The notes under the pieces: generated by a model
Told to the model about the DNA's origin: nothing
Database searches by the model: none
Seen by the model: only the letters and a program-made list of their open reading frames with translations
Position numbers and translations under genes: made by a program
Source of the DNA: Bythopirellula sp.
GTDB taxonomy: Bacteria > Planctomycetota > Planctomycetia > Pirellulales > Lacipirellulaceae
Reading direction: 5' to 3'
Length of the DNA stretch: 64,000 nt
NCBI GenBank assembly: GCA_028285205.1
Contig: JANQQA010000294.1
Coordinates: 2,021 to 66,020, forward strand
Shown: positions 60,346-64,000 of the stretch, one piece after another
Layout of the letters: every line of letters starts with the position of its first letter
Position numbering within the stretch: the stretch's first letter is position 1

Positions 60346-60591
60346 ATGGGATTAAGAGTTAAACAACGAGGTGATGGTTCTATTTGCGCGTCTGACATGC
60401 AAAACGGTGACTCTGGAGAAATTGTTGCGTGTGAAGTCAACAGCTACATCGGAAGTGTGGTGTGCCGCTCAGGCAAACGACTGGAGCGAATTGGGCAGCG
60501 AGATTGTGGGTGGGACGGCGCGGGCAACCTGCCGCCCAGTTTTCGCGTTCGCCTTCTCCAACCCGGCGACGAACTGGTCTACGAGGAGTAA
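60346..60591 (+). CDS. Hypothetical protein (paralogue of 59877..60137)
   Basis: DGSICASDMQNGDSGEI.. and ..FRVRLLQPGDELVY. Confidence 0.7.
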   Translation: MGLRVKQRGDGSICASDMQNGDSGEIVACEVNSYIGSVVCRSGKRLERIGQRDCGWDGAGNLPPSFRVRLLQPGDELVYEE

Positions 60592-60710
60592 GCCGTGACG
60601 TGGCTCATTGAATCCTTCTCCCACTACATCGGCCTGTGGTACGTCGCCATTCCGGTTTCATTATGGGCGGTCGCGCTCATTGGGTGGGTGATTACGAGGA
60701 AACAGTCGAA

Positions 60711-61601
60711 ATGAACAATGACGAATTACGTCGCATCACTGAAGCGGTCAACCAATACAACCCGTCGCATGTCTTCGCCCTGTTCAGCGGCGGTGATGAT
60801 TCGCTGGCGATGACGAGCATTGCCTCACAGCATCCAGCGTTTAGCGGCTGCGTCCACATCGATACGGGCATCGGCGTGTGGGACGATCCCGACGACCGCC
60901 GAAGTGTAGCAAGGAAGTTTGTTGAGCGAACGTGCGATGAGCGTGGTTGGCCGTTGAGGATATTCGAGGCGGTTGAAAACCGAAAGGGCGACGGCACACC
61001 AGACCCGCAAATTTACGAACAGATGGTGCTGGAACACGGCTTTCCCGGTGCGAACGAGATTGGGCACCGAAAGATGTACAACCGGCTCAAGGAGCGACCT
61101 CTGCGGTGCCTGAAGCGGTCGGTTGGTAGCCCGAAGCAAAAGCTCGTGTTCGTTGCTGGGTGCCGCTCTGACGAATCTACGCGGCGAATGGGCAACACCA
61201 AACCAATCGATGAGCAGGGCCGCGATATCTGGGTCAACATCATTCACAACTGGACCAAAGACGACTGCCTCTCGCACATCAATCAATGCGGCCTCGAACG
61301 CAATCCCTGCTCGGTCAACCTCTGCAAATCCGGCGAGTGCATGTGTGGTGCGTTCGCAGAACGAGGGGAACTGAATGCGGAACTGCGGGCCTGCTATCCC
61401 GAATTCGTAGCGTGGTTGCAGGACTTAGAGCGTCGCGTGTGGGAAGCGGGATTCCCGTGGAAGTGGGACGAGTCGCCGCCACAGTGGTTTCTCGACCAGC
61501 GCAAGGGGCAAGGGATGATGTTCGACATGGTGCCTGAGTACGACGGTCCCATGCCAATGTGCCAGTCGTGCATCGTTAATCAATCAGGCGTGGAATCGTG
61601 A
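60711..61601 (+). CDS. PAPS-reductase-family (PP-loop ATP pyrophosphatase) protein
   Basis: FALFSGGDDSLAMT is a PP-loop (SGGxDS). CKSGECMCGAF is a Cys cluster. ATG 60711 within ORF 60636..61601. Confidence 0.8.
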   Translation: MNNDELRRITEAVNQYNPSHVFALFSGGDDSLAMTSIASQHPAFSGCVHIDTGIGVWDDPDDRRSVARKFVERTCDERGWPLRIFEAVENRKGDGTPDPQIYEQMVLEHGFPGANEIGHRKMYNRLKERPLRCLKRSVGSPKQKLVFVAGCRSDESTRRMGNTKPIDEQGRDIWVNIIHNWTKDDCLSHINQCGLERNPCSVNLCKSGECMCGAFAERGELNAELRACYPEFVAWLQDLERRVWEAGFPWKWDESPPQWFLDQRKGQGMMFDMVPEYDGPMPMCQSCIVNQSGVES

Positions 61602-61670
61602 CCTATCCCGCACATTACGGCGACCTCGCCGAAGACACTTACGACGAATTCTTAATCGAGGAGCAACGGA

Positions 61671-61880
61671 ATGCTGTGCTTAAGCCGGAAGCCCGGAGAG
61701 TTCATTCAGATAGGCGACGACATTGTGATTCACTTTTCAGAGGTGCGGGACAACAAAGTAAGACTGGCAATCGACGCGCCGAAGAGTGTCGCGATTGTTC
61801 GGGGTGAATTGCTGCGAAACACGGATGTTGTCACGGATGAATTAGTGGGCGACGGATCGCCCGCCACGGAGGGCACATGA
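61671..61880 (+). CDS. csrA: CsrA/RsmA-family RNA-binding regulator homologue
   Basis: MLCLSRKPGEFIQIGDDIVIHFSEVRDNKVRLAIDAPKSVAIVRGELL aligns by eye with CsrA (MLILTRRVGETLMIGDEV..VRIGVNAPKEVSVHREEI). GAGGAG upstream. Confidence 0.8.
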   Translation: MLCLSRKPGEFIQIGDDIVIHFSEVRDNKVRLAIDAPKSVAIVRGELLRNTDVVTDELVGDGSPATEGT

Positions 61881-62206
61881 ACAACGACCTGGAACAACTC
61901 ATCTTCGACGACGCCAATGTTCGCGTGCTGCGAGACGAATGCACAAGCGACGTTGGCGACGGAACAGTTACAGAGAAAGTGGCTCGCGTTGAGTGTGATT
62001 CGTGGGCAATCGCGACCGTGTTTATTGAAGCAGAAGAACGTAGCGAGCCGCACTTTGCACCAGTAATCACGGTGCGACGTGAAGTCGATGGTGAGCCGGT
62101 GACACTTCGCGGGTTTCTGCAGGATGTCAAGGCTGTGCAGGACGAGCCGAACTGTGCTGAGGGGAATTTCAAAGTCTGTTACGTGGTGGAAGTGGAATTG
62201 GGGTGA
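61877..62206 (+). CDS. Hypothetical protein
   Basis: 109 aa with an ATGA overlap to csrA. Confidence 0.7.
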   Translation: MNNDLEQLIFDDANVRVLRDECTSDVGDGTVTEKVARVECDSWAIATVFIEAEERSEPHFAPVITVRREVDGEPVTLRGFLQDVKAVQDEPNCAEGNFKVCYVVEVELG

Positions 62207-62210
62207 CGAC

Positions 62211-62519
62211 ATGGCACTAGCTCGGCGAACAGACCCAGAGACATCGCACGAGGCCGCAGCGGTGGCCGAAGCAACCGGAACTGCAAGCGGTCAGCGTGCG
62301 GTGTGTATGGCGGAAGTGATTCGTCTACCGGGACAGACGGCGGCTGAGATCGCTGTTGCGGTTGGACTAGAGCGACATGTTCCGTCTCGGCGGTTGCCGG
62401 AACTGCGGGACGACGGTCGTGTCTTGAACGGATCTCGCCGGGTGTGCCGGGTGACTGGCAATCGGAGCATGACTTGGGAGCCAACCGGTCGCGGCAAGAC
62501 GCAACAGACAATGTTTTGA
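62211..62519 (+). CDS. Winged-helix DNA-binding protein
   Basis: Internal ATG of ORF 62124..62519 (MALARRTDPETSHEAA..LPGQTAAEIAVAVGLERHVPSRRLPELRDDGRV). Confidence 0.7.
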   Translation: MALARRTDPETSHEAAAVAEATGTASGQRAVCMAEVIRLPGQTAAEIAVAVGLERHVPSRRLPELRDDGRVLNGSRRVCRVTGNRSMTWEPTGRGKTQQTMF

Positions 62520-62528
62520 GGTGAAGTA

Positions 62529-63422
62529 ATGACTGATCTGTTTGAACAGCAGAAAGACGATGTCGTGATTGATGCTGAGATCGATCATCCCGAAGTCGGG
62601 ACCACTGAGATTGCGACTCGCGAAACGTCGTACCCAACTCTGTCGGCCAATGCGCTGATCCAGCGGGCGATTGATAGCGGGCTTCAAGTCGATTCGCTGA
62701 AAGAACTGCTGGCGATGCGGCGGGAACTGAAAGCGGAAGAGGCTCGCGAACAGTTCTTCGATGCTCTTGCGAAGTTTCAGGACGAGTGCCCGCCCATTGA
62801 GAAACAGAAGAAAGCGGACAAATACCATTACGCTCCGTTCGACCACATTGTCTCGGTGATTAAACCGCACCTGAAGGAGAACGGATTCAGTTACACATTC
62901 GACGCCGAGTACCTTGAGGTTGGGAACCAGCAGGTACAGCGGGTGACGTGCCACCTGCACCATCGGGCGGGACACACTGAATCGTCGGTGTTCTCGGCAC
63001 CAGGGGCGGGCACGCGAGCGATGAACGTGACGCAAATTGCGGCATCGGCATTGACCTACGGAAAGAGGTACGCACTGTGCAGCGTCTTGGGATTAACGGT
63101 CGGCAACGACACGGACGGTTACGTTCCGCCTGAACAGAACGGAACGCCAGATCGTGACGCCAACGCTTCGACGGCACCGGCCCGCGATGAGCCGGAACCG
63201 GAAGTGTCCGCAATCGAAGCAAACAACCTGTATCACGACTGGAAGACTTACCGCGAACAGTCGGGGTTGGACCAAAGCGATGAAGCATGGTTTGAGTGGT
63301 TTATAGAAGCAACTGGGATGCCACCAAATATCGCGAAGAACAGAAATCTATGGTCCGCGAGCGACTACCGCAAAGCATGCTCCGCCTTTGACAACATGGC
63401 CCCAGGTTTGAGGCAGCAATGA
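62529..63422 (+). CDS. ERF-family single-strand annealing protein
   Basis: KADKYHYAPFDHIVSVIKPHLKENGFSYTF..TYGKRYALCSVLGL matches the ERF pattern. Confidence 0.8.
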   Translation: MTDLFEQQKDDVVIDAEIDHPEVGTTEIATRETSYPTLSANALIQRAIDSGLQVDSLKELLAMRRELKAEEAREQFFDALAKFQDECPPIEKQKKADKYHYAPFDHIVSVIKPHLKENGFSYTFDAEYLEVGNQQVQRVTCHLHHRAGHTESSVFSAPGAGTRAMNVTQIAASALTYGKRYALCSVLGLTVGNDTDGYVPPEQNGTPDRDANASTAPARDEPEPEVSAIEANNLYHDWKTYREQSGLDQSDEAWFEWFIEATGMPPNIAKNRNLWSASDYRKACSAFDNMAPGLRQQ

Positions 63423-64000
63423 GCGAACTACCGTTTGAACAACCATCACCCGATTTGCCGATTGTCTATCGGTCGAGCGCGCAGGGGTACGCTGAGTGCC
63501 CAGCCCGCGAGCGATACCGTGACGAAGGCCATATCACCGCTGTCGGCGAACTCGCGGAATCAGGGGAAGAAGTCCACCAGGCGATTGCTCGCGTGATTGA
63601 AGCGATGCTGGAACCGGAAGGCCCGCGTTCACGTGGAGACATTGTTGATGCGCTGCGTTCTGAAATACTCACCGCCCGCACTGACCTGTTGCCCGATGCG
63701 GTCAATGCGATAGAGCGTTCGTATTGGAAATTGGCCGACCTATTCGGCAACACGCATTTCGAGGACATCATCTGCTACGACGGGGGGCGGGGGAAGCGAA
63801 GCAGCCAGCTTGCCATCGACTTCACCAACATCAAGCCGCACTTCCGGTTTTCGTCGGAGATAGACTTTCTGCGGTCAACGGCTTCTCCATCAGTGCTTGA
63901 GGAGTGGGATTGGAAAACTGGCCACAAGTTCCATACCGAAGCGAGCATCATCAACGATTTTCAGTTCCAGTCTCACTGGCTGTTGGTCTCGGAGACGTTC
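63419..64000 (+). CDS. PD-(D/E)XK (RecB/Cas4-like) exonuclease, 5' part (runs off the window)
   Basis: ATGA overlap with erf. Open to the window end. SEIDFLRS..LEEWDWKTGH is a D..E-x-K motif. Confidence 0.75.
   Translation, partial: MSELPFEQPSPDLPIVYRSSAQGYAECPARERYRDEGHITAVGELAESGEEVHQAIARVIEAMLEPEGPRSRGDIVDALRSEILTARTDLLPDAVNAIERSYWKLADLFGNTHFEDIICYDGGRGKRSSQLAIDFTNIKPHFRFSSEIDFLRSTASPSVLEEWDWKTGHKFHTEASIINDFQFQSHWLLVSETF

Noticed and set aside
61598-61807. A 69-aa ORF overlapping the csrA start.
   Set aside because: Its second half is the out-of-frame read of the well-supported csrA homologue. At best, a ~25-aa peptide before 61671 could be real.

Overview
The whole 64 kb window reads as one temperate, podovirus-like phage genome in its unintegrated (attP) form, about 55% GC. 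The host may be Planctomycetota-like, but that is a weak inference from Tat-type RRxFIG signals and a peptidase-MA/DUF1570-like protein. No rRNA, CRISPR array, transposase, reverse transcriptase or replicative polymerase is visible.

Layout:
- 1-20.0 kb (+): a densely packed, translationally coupled early/middle operon. Recognisable products are an ASCH-like protein, two HNH-type proteins, a DUF1064 nuclease, a J-domain protein, a class-3 lipase, a lipoprotein, a peptidase-MA/thioredoxin fusion, a SAM methyltransferase, a GT-B glycosyltransferase and a tail-fibre-like protein.
- 20.0-21.4 kb: three small moron-like genes.
- 21.4-45.4 kb (-): a roughly 24 kb virion operon that starts with a ribbon-helix-helix gene. 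It runs through the large terminase, portal, scaffold, major capsid and tail/adaptor proteins, then three large internal-virion-like proteins of 812, 470 and 1913 aa.
- 45.5-49.7 kb (+): a serine recombinase plus unknown genes.
- 49.8-51.0 kb: an ORF-free region.
- 51.0-51.6 kb: a repressor-like HTH gene with a divergent promoter/operator and an unusual tRNA.
- 51.6-56.3 kb: small early genes and a convergent two-gene membrane moron.
- 56.3-58.6 kb: att-like region, tyrosine integrase and excisionase.
- 58.6-59.2 kb: a cluster of tRNA-like minihelices.
- 59.2-64.0 kb: HNH endonuclease, PAPS-reductase-like protein, CsrA homologue, ERF annealase and a RecB-type exonuclease (partial).

Most interesting observations:
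- An early-promoter-driven class II tRNA has a Ser-type body but an Ile (GAU) anticodon loop.
- A promoter-equipped 5' half of tRNA-Leu(GAG) sits inside the att-like region.
- Three acceptor/T-arm minihelices lie next to an HNH gene.
- Two long ORF-free, hairpin-rich regions stand out in an otherwise compact genome.
- A conserved GTTACACGCG(G)AACC motif recurs upstream of genes.
- A lipase/peptidase-thioredoxin envelope cassette has no classical endolysin nearby.
- Two genes are broken by frameshifts at homopolymer runs.

Functional calls rest on motifs I recognise by eye. No database search was run.
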